Origin: an uncultured delta proteobacterium
GTDB lineage: Bacteria > Desulfobacterota > Binatia > Binatales > Binataceae
Direction: 5' to 3'
Length of the DNA: 64,000 nt
NCBI GenBank assembly: GCA_963765675.1
Contig: CAVXXK010000003.1
Span: 352,001 to 416,000 of the forward strand
The position numbers and the translations under genes are program-made. Below are positions 28,850-38,692 of this stretch, piece by piece. Below the pieces are notes generated by a model that did no database searches, was not told the origin of the DNA, and worked only from the letters and a program-made list of their open reading frames with translations. Position 1 is the first letter of the stretch. Each line of letters begins with the position of its first letter.

Positions 28850-30379
28850 TTAGATTCGTCGGCTGGATCTTTCCATTGCAACTTCATTCTCGAGGCTTTC
28901 GCGATCGCGTCCGACGGTCGCCACGGCCAGGGTTTTTCCAGCTCGCTGAAATGAGAGCTTGCAGTCTTGATCTTCGATACTTCCTTCCAAATCGAGTTTG
29001 TCCCACTTCTCGGCGTGACCGATGTAGTTGAGCGTAAAGTCGAACTGGGTAGTCCAGAAGAACGGCACGGCATCGAAGCGTTCGCGCGCGCCGAGTATAT
29101 TGCGCGCGGCGGTTTGTCCCTGGCGTTGGGCTAATACCCAATGCTCGACGCGAATATTGTCGCCGGTCAACGGATCGGGCCATCGCGCGATATCGCCGGC
29201 GGCGAAGATACCGGGAATGCTCGCTTCGAGATATTCGTTCACCGACACGCCACGATCGGTCTTGAGCTCGGCGTGCTCGGCAAGCTCGATGAGCGGTCTG
29301 ACGCCGATTCCGATCACGACCATGTCGGCGTTTATGGTCTGCCCGTCCTTGAGCGTCACTTTGTGTTCGTCGATCGCGACAACGCTCTGCTCAAGATGGA
29401 ATACCACCCCTTTGGTTTCGTGCAGGCGGTGGAGGTATTCGCCCACCTCTGGTCCCAGAATTCGCGCCATCGGCACCGCCTCGGGCGCAACAATGTGGAC
29501 CTTGAGCTTTCGCTGAATAAGAGAAGACGCAACCTCCATGGCGATGAAACTCGCGCCGATGAGGACAACTTGTTTGGCTTTTTTCGCTTTGGCCAAGATC
29601 GCGCGGCAGTCACTCTGCGTGCGCAAATAGCAAACATGCCGCAGGTCGGCGCCGGGGATCGCAAGCTTCACCGGCGCGGCGCCGGTCGCGAGCAGAAGCG
29701 CATCAAATTTTCGCTGTCTGCCACCGACGAGGCGAACCGACTTATGGTGTGGGTCGATCGCCGCAACCGGTGTTTTTAATAACAGTTCGATCTCATTCTT
29801 TTTGTAGAAATCGAGCGAACGGAGCGGAACCATCTTTTCGGTCGCGCTTCCGTTCATAAAGTCTTTCGATAACGTCGGACGATCGTAAGGAGCGCTTTCG
29901 TCTGCACTGATTACGGTGATGCCGCGGCTATATCCCTCACGCCGCAACATCTCCGCCGCGGCCTCTCCAGCCGCGCCGCCGCCCACAATTACGATACGAT
30001 CCGGTTTTTTCGCTGAAGGTGCCGCTGGGGGCTTCAGCGCGGGCGCTTTCTTGCCTACGAAAAGCTTGCCGTTGCGTATCTCCGTGTTCCAGGACCCCAC
30101 TGCGGAGAGTGCCGGTGCACGAAGCGCCTCTCCCGTGCGAAGACTGAAACAGGCGTGATGCCACGGGCATCTCACCGTATCCTCGACCATGATTCCTGTG
30201 GCCAGCGGAGCGCCGTAGTGGGTACAGATTGCGCCGATCGCAAAATAGTCGTCGCCGCGCCGCGCCACGAGTACCGGCTCTCCATCGACGTGACCCTGCA
30301 ACATGCCGCCGTCGGTAAACTTGGTCAGCGAGACTCCTCGCGCCAGATTAGGGCCGGTCAAGGCTTTGCTTTTGGCCAT
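28850..30379 (-). CDS. Rieske [2Fe-2S] plus FAD/NAD(P)H oxidoreductase (ferredoxin-reductase fusion, AIF-like)
   Basis: CTHYG...CPWH Rieske motif; GGGAAG, PYDRPTLSK, LLATG, GASFIAME, AAGDIA, VPFFW. Confidence 0.93.
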   Translation of the reverse strand: MAKSKALTGPNLARGVSLTKFTDGGMLQGHVDGEPVLVARRGDDYFAIGAICTHYGAPLATGIMVEDTVRCPWHHACFSLRTGEALRAPALSAVGSWNTEIRNGKLFVGKKAPALKPPAAPSAKKPDRIVIVGGGAAGEAAAEMLRREGYSRGITVISADESAPYDRPTLSKDFMNGSATEKMVPLRSLDFYKKNEIELLLKTPVAAIDPHHKSVRLVGGRQRKFDALLLATGAAPVKLAIPGADLRHVCYLRTQSDCRAILAKAKKAKQVVLIGASFIAMEVASSLIQRKLKVHIVAPEAVPMARILGPEVGEYLHRLHETKGVVFHLEQSVVAIDEHKVTLKDGQTINADMVVIGIGVRPLIELAEHAELKTDRGVSVNEYLEASIPGIFAAGDIARWPDPLTGDNIRVEHWVLAQRQGQTAARNILGARERFDAVPFFWTTQFDFTLNYIGHAEKWDKLDLEGSIEDQDCKLSFQRAGKTLAVATVGRDRESLENEVAMERSSRRI

Positions 30380-30409
30380 TCCATGCACCTTCTAATATCG
30401 AATCACTAA

Positions 30410-32489
30410 TCACTTGAGGCGGCTCAAAATTTCTTTCGCCACTTGCGCAACATGCTCCGGCGTGAAGCCAAATTCGCGCATCACGACCGGACCCGGCGCG
30501 GAAGCTCCGAAACGATTTACGCCGATGATCGCGCCGTCAGCGCCGACGTAGCGCTCCCATCCGAATGGAGAGGCCGCCTCGATACTCACCCGCGCACGGA
30601 CCTTCGGTGGCAGGACGGCGTCGCGATACTGCCGCGGCTGAGCGTCGAACAGTTCCCAACACGGCATCGAGACGACTCGGCTGCGAATCCCCTCTTTAAC
30701 GAGGCGCTCGTGAGCATCGAGGGCAAGTGAAACCTCAGAGCCGGTAGCGATCAAAATCACCTCGGGGTCGGCTTGAGATTTTCGCGCCTCTTTCAGGATG
30801 TACGCTCCCCGCTCCAGGCCGGAAGCGGGAGCGAGCACGCTACGGTCCAGCACTGGCAACTTTTGGCGCGTGAGCACCAAGCCCACCGGTCCGTCGCGTA
30901 TGCAGCAGTGCGACGCGCCACGCCTCCACGGTCTCGGTGGCATCGCTCGGCCGAATGATCATCATGTTCGGCATCGCACGAAGACTGGCTATCTGCTCGA
31001 CCGGCTGATGGGTCGGACCATCCTCGCCGAGCGCGATGCTGTCGTGGGTCCATACATAAATCACTCGCGCTTTGCTCAAAGCCGCCAGCCGAATTGCCGG
31101 CCTCATATAATCGGAGAATGAAAGAAAGGTGGCTCCAAACGGCAAGATCCCGCCGTGTAGTGCCATGCCTGTGATGATCGCGGCCATCGCATGCTCGCGC
31201 AGGCCAAAGTGAATGTTCCGGCCCGCGTAACCCCAAATTCCACCCGCCGTTCCCTGCGTGGGCGGCACCTTGCCGGACTCATCGACAGCAGGACACTCGA
31301 AGTCACCGCATCCGGTCATCGCGGTGCGTGTCGAAGGATCGAGATCTCCCGACCCGCCGACCAGGTTCGGTACTACACGGGCGAGCGCATTGATCACCTT
31401 GCCCCCGGCGTCGCGGGTCGCCATCTCTCCGTCGGCGGGAGTGAAGGCCGGGAGATTTTCTTCCCATCCCTGGGGAAGCTCGCCGGCGAGCGCCTGGGTA
31501 AGCTTCTTTGCCAAGTCGGGATGGGCACCACGGTAATCGTTCAATCGCTGATTCCACGTGGCTTCAAGCTCCGCGCCGCGCTCGACAGCTTTTCGAAACT
31601 CGCTGAGCGCCTCCTCCGGCACGTAAAACGTGCGATCTTCCGGCCATCCGAGCGCATCCTTGGTCAACCGCACTTCCTCGACGCCGAGCGGTTCACCATG
31701 CGCATGCCACGTGTCCTGTTTGTGCGGACTGCCGTATCCGATATGGGTGCGTCCCACGATCAACGACGGTCGATCTTCGACGGCTCGAGCTGCGGTTAGC
31801 GCCGCGTCCACGGCCGCGGAATCCTGGCCGTCGATCTGCTGCACATGCCAGCCGTATGCCTGGAAGCGCGCAGCCACGTCCTCGGAAAACGTGATATTGG
31901 TCGTCGCCGACAGAGTGATCAGGTTCGAGTCGTAGAGCATGATCAGCCGGCCGAGCCGCAGAGCACCAGCGAGCGAGGCGGCCTCGGCCGCGACTCCTTC
32001 CATCATGTCGCCGTCGCTCGCGAGCACGTAGGTGTGGTGGTTCACCACAGAATCGGCTTGCCGATTGAAGGTCGCCGCCAACCACCGTTCCGCCATTGCC
32101 AATCCAACGCCGTTTGCCACCCCCTGACCGAGCGGCCCCGTGGTGACCTCGACGCCACGCGTGGTCTCGTGCTCGGGATGGCCCGGTGTGCGGCTTCCCC
32201 ACTGCCGGAACTGTTTGATGTCGTCCATGCTGAGGTCGTACCCGGTCAAAAACAGCACGCTGTAAAGCAGCATGCTCGCGTGGCCGGCGGATAGCACAAA
32301 CCGATCGCGATCTGGCCACGCGGGGTTCTTCGGGTTGTGGCTGAGGTGGCGAGTCCAAAGTACGTACGCCATCGTCGCAGCACCCATCGGCATTCCCGGA
32401 TGCCCGGAGTTCGCTTTCTGAACTCCGTCTATCGATAAGGTGCGGATCGTGTTGATCGCAAGCTGATCAATATCGTCTTGACCTGCCAT
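30410..32489 (-). CDS. tkt: Transketolase (apparent +1 frameshift near 30900)
   Basis: [55 protein letters not shown]; C-domain LTRQ, IATGSEV, FGASAPG in the second frame. ATG 32489 with AAGGAG. Confidence 0.95.
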
Positions 32490-32810
32490 TGGTGTCTCCT
32501 TCAAGCCGGAAGGCTGGCGGGATCGTCATCGTCGCGCAGCGGATGCGGGTAGAGCGGTCGAACAGCCGAAACGTCAAGCCTGCTGGTGTGCGATTTCCCG
32601 GCGGTATCTTTCCAGCCTACCACTTATGCATGGTGAGCACGCCAAGAAATTAACTGCTGCCGTGGCCACGCGGTCGAAACCCCGCGCCACGAACTAAACT
32701 ATCGGCGGTTACGCGAATCACCCGAGTTGCAGTGACGTGCTCGCGTAACTCGCGGCTGCATTCGAGAGAGATTGCCCAACGACACCCGGTTGCGCCTTCG
32801 CAAGATTCGA

Positions 32811-33545
32811 TCAGACGGTCTGCATCTTAAGACAGAGATCGTCTTTTTCCTTCTGCGTGAACAGTCGATCCGCCATTGGGTAAAGCATGGCCTCTTCCTT
32901 GGCGTCATGATTGTGGAATAACTCCGACGGATGAACCGGACCAACTTCGAGAGCTTGAATGATATTGGCGCAGTCGCCTCCGCCGAAAAGCTTGTCGAGT
33001 TCTCTTAGCACTGCTTCGATCTTCTGATGTTCCGCGCGCATTACGGCCGTTGGTCCCGAACCTGGAGGGGTTCGGCTTCGATTCTCGAAAAGCGGAAAAA
33101 AATAATCCTCTTCCATTCGGATGTGTCGGCGCAACCCGAATATGAATTGCGAAAGCCCATCGATCGTCGACATGCGATGACCCTTTTCTGCAATGAACAA
33201 GTTCTCATACGACTGTTCGCAGACCTTTACGGCCTCTACGAATGCGTCCCAGCGTTCGGTTAGACGATGATGATCGTCACCGAGAAAAGCGCTGATCGTG
33301 CGTGGCTCCGTGGTGCGCCTCGCAACGAGCACCGAAGACGCATGGGCTCTGTTGCCGAGTGGCCACCAATCGAAACCCTGGCCGTAGCGATCCTGAAGCT
33401 CGGCTAAGCATTTCCGCTCCGCCGGCACGCTAAATACAAGTTCAAGAGTTTGGCCAGCAGCGAGTCGCTCGAAGGCGAAGAAAATCTCGTGTCGCTGCTT
33501 CGCTTCCCCAAGATCAGAAATCTCAATTCTAAGCTCTGGATTCAT
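32811..33545 (-). CDS. Degenerate DUF2249-like domain plus hemerythrin (HHE) domain protein
   Basis: N-terminal RHEIFFAFERLAAGQTLEL..FDWWPL; DHHRL, HIRMEE..FP, EHQKI and HDAKEE..LYP ligand set. Confidence 0.85.
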   Translation of the reverse strand: MNPELRIEISDLGEAKQRHEIFFAFERLAAGQTLELVFSVPAERKCLAELQDRYGQGFDWWPLGNRAHASSVLVARRTTEPRTISAFLGDDHHRLTERWDAFVEAVKVCEQSYENLFIAEKGHRMSTIDGLSQFIFGLRRHIRMEEDYFFPLFENRSRTPPGSGPTAVMRAEHQKIEAVLRELDKLFGGGDCANIIQALEVGPVHPSELFHNHDAKEEAMLYPMADRLFTQKEKDDLCLKMQTV

Positions 33546-33642
33546 AGTCTTTTACATCCTCCAGCCGGAATCTGAACCTCCAGCGTTTTGGTGTTAGAAT
33601 GAACCTCTCGGTGCTGAAGAGGATTTTGAAAAAGGTCTGGCG

Positions 33643-34722
33643 TTATGACTTGAAGACGTCGGGATTCGCCGGCCCAGTCACTTCGATTTCAGCCATCGCA
33701 CCTTTGTTAATGGCGCGGGTCATCGCATGATCGACGAGTTTGATTGTTTGTGGTACCGGAAGATCCAATTCCGCGACTATTGAATTTCCGGGCGGCACCG
33801 GAACGCTCTGCAGGAACCGCATCGGCGGCATCACGAATTGCCCCAGAAGCCAAACACGTGACCATATGTTCCCGACGGGATGGAGGCTGGAGAGCAGGTT
33901 TGGCCCGCCATTAACCATGAAAACCCGGACGGTTTCGCCGACCTTGGCCTGCATCGCACCGAAGCGTTTGGCAGTCAACGCCTGAAAGGCGCCGTTGAAC
34001 ATCACGTAGGTTGCCTGCTCCTGGAGCAAGCGCGCGGAGTCGAAATCCCGCGGCCCCGGACTACCAGGCATCTGTTTCGTATAAGTCTCGTTCTGGCCAA
34101 GATAGAACTCATGATCGACGTTAGGGAGTCCTTCTTCGGGTTCCACCACGATCATTCCGTACATTCCGCGTGCGATATGGACATCCATGTCGCCGGGCAC
34201 GGCACAGTGGTAGGTAAAGCCGCCCGGATACATTGCTTTGAAGGTGATGGTCTTGCTCTTACCGGGCAGCACCGTCAACGGATCGGCGCCGCCGCCCGGG
34301 CCGTACACTGCATGGAGATCGATGGAGTGCCATGTGGTGCTGTGTGGATTGTTGCGCAACGTCAGCGTGACCGTATCGCCGCGTCGCACTCGAATCATTG
34401 GCCCGGGGACTTGGCCATCGAAAGTCATGTAGGAAAATTTCGCGCCCGGCTCGATCTCAGCGTCAACTTCGCGAGCCTCAAGAGTTATCTCGTGATGAGT
34501 TGGATGGCTCCGCTTGATCGGTGGTGGGACCCGAGTGGGATCGGCTACGACGCCTCTGGCGGTCGGAGAGGACGCGGAAGCGGAAAGTGGAGCAGAATGC
34601 GGGCTGGCGCCGGATGGTTCACTGTTCGATGCCGCTACTGCGCCGGTGGCACCAAAGCCAACCAACGCCGCGCCGACGCCCATCACGCGGAAAAGTTCCC
34701 GCCGCGAAATAGCTAATGTCAT
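33643..34722 (-). CDS. nirK: Copper-containing nitrite reductase, Tat-exported
   Basis: SRRELF Tat signal; HSIDLH (T1 His, catalytic Asp, T2 His); YHCAVPGDMDVHIARGM; SLHPVG (catalytic His); LVDHA (T2 His). GGAGG RBS before ATG 34722. Confidence 0.93.
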   Translation of the reverse strand: MTLAISRRELFRVMGVGAALVGFGATGAVAASNSEPSGASPHSAPLSASASSPTARGVVADPTRVPPPIKRSHPTHHEITLEAREVDAEIEPGAKFSYMTFDGQVPGPMIRVRRGDTVTLTLRNNPHSTTWHSIDLHAVYGPGGGADPLTVLPGKSKTITFKAMYPGGFTYHCAVPGDMDVHIARGMYGMIVVEPEEGLPNVDHEFYLGQNETYTKQMPGSPGPRDFDSARLLQEQATYVMFNGAFQALTAKRFGAMQAKVGETVRVFMVNGGPNLLSSLHPVGNIWSRVWLLGQFVMPPMRFLQSVPVPPGNSIVAELDLPVPQTIKLVDHAMTRAINKGAMAEIEVTGPANPDVFKS

Positions 34723-34863
34723 CGTTGTAACCTCCGACACATCCCGGACGGATCGGTATTCTTGCGCCATGTGGAGGAGCATCCGCCGATCAGAATGCCA
34801 TCAACTGTGGCAAAATCTGCCCGAAGAAATACTTGTTTCATGGCCGCGCCTTCCGCGGACCGA

Positions 34864-35265
34864 CTATTTCGTCACGGTGAGTTCTCCGATCATTCGGTCT
34901 TTTTCGTGGGGTATGCAAACGTAAACGTAGTGGCCGGGAACGGTGACGGTATAGCTCCAACTTGCCCCGGGTGCCATAAAGCCTGAATCGAAGGGCTTGG
35001 CGCCGGGCGGCAGAGCAACGTCACTCTTGTTTTGCGCCAAAGAAGCGTCCGTCGTCACGTCGTGAAGTGCTTTGCCGGTATTTTTCCACTCAACGGTTGT
35101 GCCCACCTTGATCGTGAGCTTTGCGGGAACATACCTAGGCGGTTCATCCGTCATCGTGACTACCACCGTCTTGCCCGCAGCATTAGCCAGTCGCGGTCCG
35201 TTCACCAGCGCGAAGATTCCAATCACCACAACCAGTGCGAGTAAGCGAACATTCAAATTTTTCAA
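34864..35265 (-). CDS. Exported blue-copper cupredoxin (plastocyanin/pseudoazurin-like); likely NirK electron donor
   Basis: Signal peptide ending ANA; LHDV; YVCIPHEKDRM (C-x2-H-x4-M). Confidence 0.92.
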   Translation of the reverse strand: MKNLNVRLLALVVVIGIFALVNGPRLANAAGKTVVVTMTDEPPRYVPAKLTIKVGTTVEWKNTGKALHDVTTDASLAQNKSDVALPPGAKPFDSGFMAPGASWSYTVTVPGHYVYVCIPHEKDRMIGELTVTK

Positions 35266-35423
35266 CGTTCCTATTCTCCTTTAGTTATATTCATTCAATC
35301 TGACCGGGATGCCCGCCCACTGCTCCGTGAGTGGCAAAAGTGCGATTGTTCGTGGAGCCTCGCACGCTATGAATTCGCAAAGTGGGCCGCAGGAACGCCA
35401 TTCGGGGCTCGTTAACTTCTCTA

Positions 35424-35439
35424 AGTATGAACGCATACT
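35424..35439. promoter_or_regulatory. Palindrome upstream of cupredoxin-nirK (possible operator)
   Basis: AGTATG-AACG-CATACT in the 220-bp intergenic gap. Confidence 0.3.
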
Positions 35440-35485
35440 GCCGGTTGCGCGATATCTTTTTTCAACCCAGTTATGATGGGAACCA

Positions 35486-35962
35486 TCATACCCACCCGTG
35501 GACGCCAGCTACGACGGCGGCGATTACCAACAAGCTCAGCACGAGAATAACCCAGTGCAAAGTTTCGATTCTCGCGAGAGCTTTAGCCGGCGCATCGACA
35601 AACTCTTGCTCCAGCCGCGGTCCGACGACGAGCGGCTCGACGAGGAACAGCATCAGGCCAAACAGTAGCCATAACGCGACCATCGCATCCATCCACCAGA
35701 AACGGGCCGCGATAAACCACGCCCAGGCGTGGAGCGAGTAGACCATATAGATCCCGCTTAAGCCGACGATTAGCCATGCGATCCTTGCCTGTGGGCGGAA
35801 GCGATTTTCAACCTGCGCGAACATCCAGGCCTTCTGTTCGTTCGACTCGAGCTTGCGCATCGTAGGAAACATCACCGTCGTGACTGCCGCGATACCACCA
35901 ATCCAGACAACCACCGCAATCAGGTGCACCACGAGCGCAAGGACGAACCATCTGTAGTTCAC
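35486..35962 (-). CDS. 4-TM membrane protein with conserved His (CopD-like)
   Basis: VHLIAVVVWIGG, GLSGIYM, LHWV..HG. Start trimmed to GTG 35962, overlapping the upstream stop. Confidence 0.75.
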   Translation of the reverse strand: MNYRWFVLALVVHLIAVVVWIGGIAAVTTVMFPTMRKLESNEQKAWMFAQVENRFRPQARIAWLIVGLSGIYMVYSLHAWAWFIAARFWWMDAMVALWLLFGLMLFLVEPLVVGPRLEQEFVDAPAKALARIETLHWVILVLSLLVIAAVVAGVHGWV

Positions 35963-36279
35963 TGAATCGACCTCCGTCTGGTTGCTAGGCTGATATGAGT
36001 TTCGAATCTCACGAGCGCGAGCGAGCCCAACACTATCGTCCTTAGAAACCAGGCTCGCGCTCCCAGCCCCAGGCGCCCGGCGCGAATCGACATATACAAT
36101 GCCTCGGTCGTGTGCACGATGAGCATGAGGACGAACAGGCCGCGCCCCACGCGCGCCGCCAGACCAAAAGGTCCGAGTGCGAGGGTGGCGACCACTACCC
36201 AAAGGAGACCGCAGGCAAGCCAGTCGCGCTCCGCAATTTCTATCTGCTCGCACGCGAATGGTTCTGTCTCGTTCGGCAT
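35959..36279 (-). CDS. Small membrane protein (TMEM254/DUF4499-like)
   Basis: IVHTTEALY...G...WFLRTIVLGSLAL. Start trimmed to ATG 36279. Confidence 0.55.
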   Translation of the reverse strand: MPNETEPFACEQIEIAERDWLACGLLWVVVATLALGPFGLAARVGRGLFVLMLIVHTTEALYMSIRAGRLGLGARAWFLRTIVLGSLALVRFETHISLATRRRSIQ

Positions 36280-36286
36280 CACGACT

Positions 36287-37468
36287 TCACCCACTAGTCT
36301 CGCGCACAGCTCCCTGTTTGAACGCGCGAATCGGCGTTGTTCCCGAAGCAATCGCCTGAGCGGTGCTTCCTACAAAGACAAGAATTGCGATCACATTGAA
36401 CAAGCCGCCCCATTTGTAAGCGACGTACGACGTCGATAAATCGCCGGCGATCCGCACGAGAAGCGAAAGATGCAGAATCACCGAATGAACATAGAACGTG
36501 CTGTGATAGGGCACCGCTCGCCCTGTCACGGACGGGAAGATGATTGGCGCATGAGCAAAAATCATCGAGAATACGAAGCCAAGAAAAACCGTGTGGAGCA
36601 TCACATCGTAGTGAAAGGTCGTCAGATCATTGCCGAACCACAGCCACGCCAATCCGCCAACCCCAAGCCAGAAATAGCCCGCAAGCAGGTTGACCGCGAT
36701 ATAGCGCGTGAGTCCTTTCTGCCTTACGGTTCTGCGCGCGAGATCGTAGCGTGCCAGCCACAGCGCCATTGCGAGCATTCCCAGACCCGCAAGACGAAAT
36801 CCAAACGCGGGTGAGGGTAAAGCGATGGCAAGTCCGATCAGGAACAAACCCGCGCTCGCGACGAAGGGCAGGCGACCTCGCTCGCCGAGTCCGGTGAGCC
36901 TACTCAATTCCAGCCGTTCCCCGACAATCGTCAGGACCAGGAATCCGGTCCACCAGAAGAACATCTCGATGATCGGCAGGCCGGCGAGCCACAGACAGTT
37001 GCCGACGAACCATGCGCCGGCGCCCAAAGCCATCGTGACCGTGAACAGGGCAGTCTGGCGACGGAGGATCGCGACGAAGTTTGCGATGAGACCGGCGCTT
37101 CCGATGGTGATGAGCAACGGACCAACCGGATCACCAATCCCGACTATCAGAGCGAGCGCGCCGGCGCCGCTCAATATGGGTGCGCCATAGCTCCAACCTT
37201 TACCAAGCGCCACCGCGCGTTCGAGGCTTATCAGCGTGCCGAGAAATCCGCAGACCATGAGCGGGCCGTGCGTTAAAGAGAGTCCGGGTTGAATCTCCGG
37301 CAGTTCCCATCCCAAACGCTGAAGCCCGGCCCATAGCGCTGCGAGTAACGCAAGAATCGATAACGCGAGAAGCGGCAAACGTTCATATTTCAACGTCGCG
37401 CGCACCGCCGGTATGCGAGCGCTTGAAGTTCGATGAACAGATGGTGCGGGCTTATTGGCAGGAGTCAT
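36287..37468 (-). CDS. NnrS-like polytopic membrane protein
   Basis: About 12 TM; HGPLMVCGFLGTLISLERAVA, TIVGERLEL, HTVFLGFVFSMIFAHAP, LHLSL. Confidence 0.75.
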   Translation of the reverse strand: MTPANKPAPSVHRTSSARIPAVRATLKYERLPLLALSILALLAALWAGLQRLGWELPEIQPGLSLTHGPLMVCGFLGTLISLERAVALGKGWSYGAPILSGAGALALIVGIGDPVGPLLITIGSAGLIANFVAILRRQTALFTVTMALGAGAWFVGNCLWLAGLPIIEMFFWWTGFLVLTIVGERLELSRLTGLGERGRLPFVASAGLFLIGLAIALPSPAFGFRLAGLGMLAMALWLARYDLARRTVRQKGLTRYIAVNLLAGYFWLGVGGLAWLWFGNDLTTFHYDVMLHTVFLGFVFSMIFAHAPIIFPSVTGRAVPYHSTFYVHSVILHLSLLVRIAGDLSTSYVAYKWGGLFNVIAILVFVGSTAQAIASGTTPIRAFKQGAVRETSG

Positions 37469-37570
37469 GGCTCTTACTCACGTCGTCTGTACGGTCGCCC
37501 AGATTCTTGCCCGTGCTCCGAACTATCCAGGGCAATCTATACAGAGCTGCGTGATCGCATGACGCATGGA

Positions 37571-37945
37571 TCAGCCAATCGCCGTTGTCAGGAGAACGGT
37601 GCTTTCCTCGAGCGCTTCGAGCTCGTGAACAACTTCGCGATCAAGCGCCGCCATGCTTCCAGATGAAAGATCCACGTGTTCGCTTCCAGCGGAAAAACGA
37701 ACTTGGCCGGATAGCACCTGAATAGCGATCGGTCCCTTGGTCCGATGTTCAGCGAGCCGCGCTCCCTTCTTGAGCACCATCAACAGAATGTTGAGCTTGT
37801 CGTCCTTGACCAGACTCATCGCCACACGCTCTTCCGACGACCATTGCGGCTTCGTTATGAGGCGGGCAGCCTCGTCTGAGATCTTGAACGACACCATTCC
37901 ACCCGCGGACGGGCGAAGCGCTTGCCTCTTGCTCTTTTCAGTCAT
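37571..37945 (-). CDS. Cupin domain protein
   Basis: LAEHRTKGPIAIQVLSG and VVHELEA. Confidence 0.85.
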   Translation of the reverse strand: MTEKSKRQALRPSAGGMVSFKISDEAARLITKPQWSSEERVAMSLVKDDKLNILLMVLKKGARLAEHRTKGPIAIQVLSGQVRFSAGSEHVDLSSGSMAALDREVVHELEALEESTVLLTTAIG

Positions 37946-38106
37946 ATCCGTGCCTCTTGAACTGCTCGATCGCTTGCGTCCACCCAGCGACCGCCATCAT
38001 CAGCCCATCGCAGCAGCGCTCGTTGCTCGAGCCACGGGTCATCTGGGGCGGCTATGAGCGATCTGACGACCTCCGCCCAGTTCGGTGGGATTTGTGTGAT
38101 GTCCAT
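37942..38106 (-). CDS. 54-aa hypothetical protein (below the ORF-track cut-off)
   Basis: AGGAG RBS, ATG 38106: MDITQIPPNWAEVVRSLIAAPDDPWLEQRALLRWADDGGRWVDASDRAVQEARI*. ATGA overlap with the cupin start. Confidence 0.6.
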   Translation of the reverse strand: MDITQIPPNWAEVVRSLIAAPDDPWLEQRALLRWADDGGRWVDASDRAVQEARI

Positions 38107-38120
38107 GACTCTTTTCTCCT

Positions 38121-38587
38121 TTACGAAGCACGCTTCGCCGAGCCCGTGAGTTTGGCCGCTTCCGCTTCAAGAGCCGCCAGACGCTTGCGGAGGTCCTTGT
38201 CCTGATTCCACCGTGCCGTAACGTCACGGAAAATCGCCGCCGGACCCAATAGCTTTCCGTCATCGTCGCGGATCAGAGCGATCGTAAACTCGACGGAGAT
38301 GCGTGTTCCGTCCTTGCGGATCGCCGGTACTGCCAGCAAGCTTCGACTATATTGGGTTCGCCCGGTTTTCATCGTCTGATCGTACCCCTCCCAGTGCCGT
38401 TCCCTGAGATTTTCGGGGATAATGAAGTCCATCGACTTCCCGACAATCTCTTCGGAGCGAAACCCAAACATTTTTCCGCGCCGGCGTTCCACAGGCGCAC
38501 CGTGCCCTCGGTATCTCCAAAAATGATCGCGTCGCCGGTGTTATCGACGATCTGCTGGCACAGCCATTCGTGAGTGTGTTCTGCCAT
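38121..38587 (-). CDS. Stand-alone PAS-domain protein with a C-terminal coiled coil (frameshift in the A-run near 38473)
   Basis: DAIIFGDTEGTVRLWNAGAE|KMFGFRSEEIVGKSMDFIIPENLRERHW...RKDGTRISVEF...IFRDVT. Confidence 0.88.
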
Positions 38588-38692
38588 TTCGTTGCTCTCC
38601 GCGCTTCCGTCTGTCCGTGTTCTCTTATTCTTCGGATCAACCGAGTGACAATCGCTTTCACGCGCGCCTGGGTTTGCGAACAGTAAAAAGCC

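Noticed and set aside
33643-34722. Alternative call as a two-domain laccase or generic multicopper oxidase
   Set aside because: Lacks the repeated HxH type-3 copper motifs and has the NirK catalytic Asp/His and T2 ligands.
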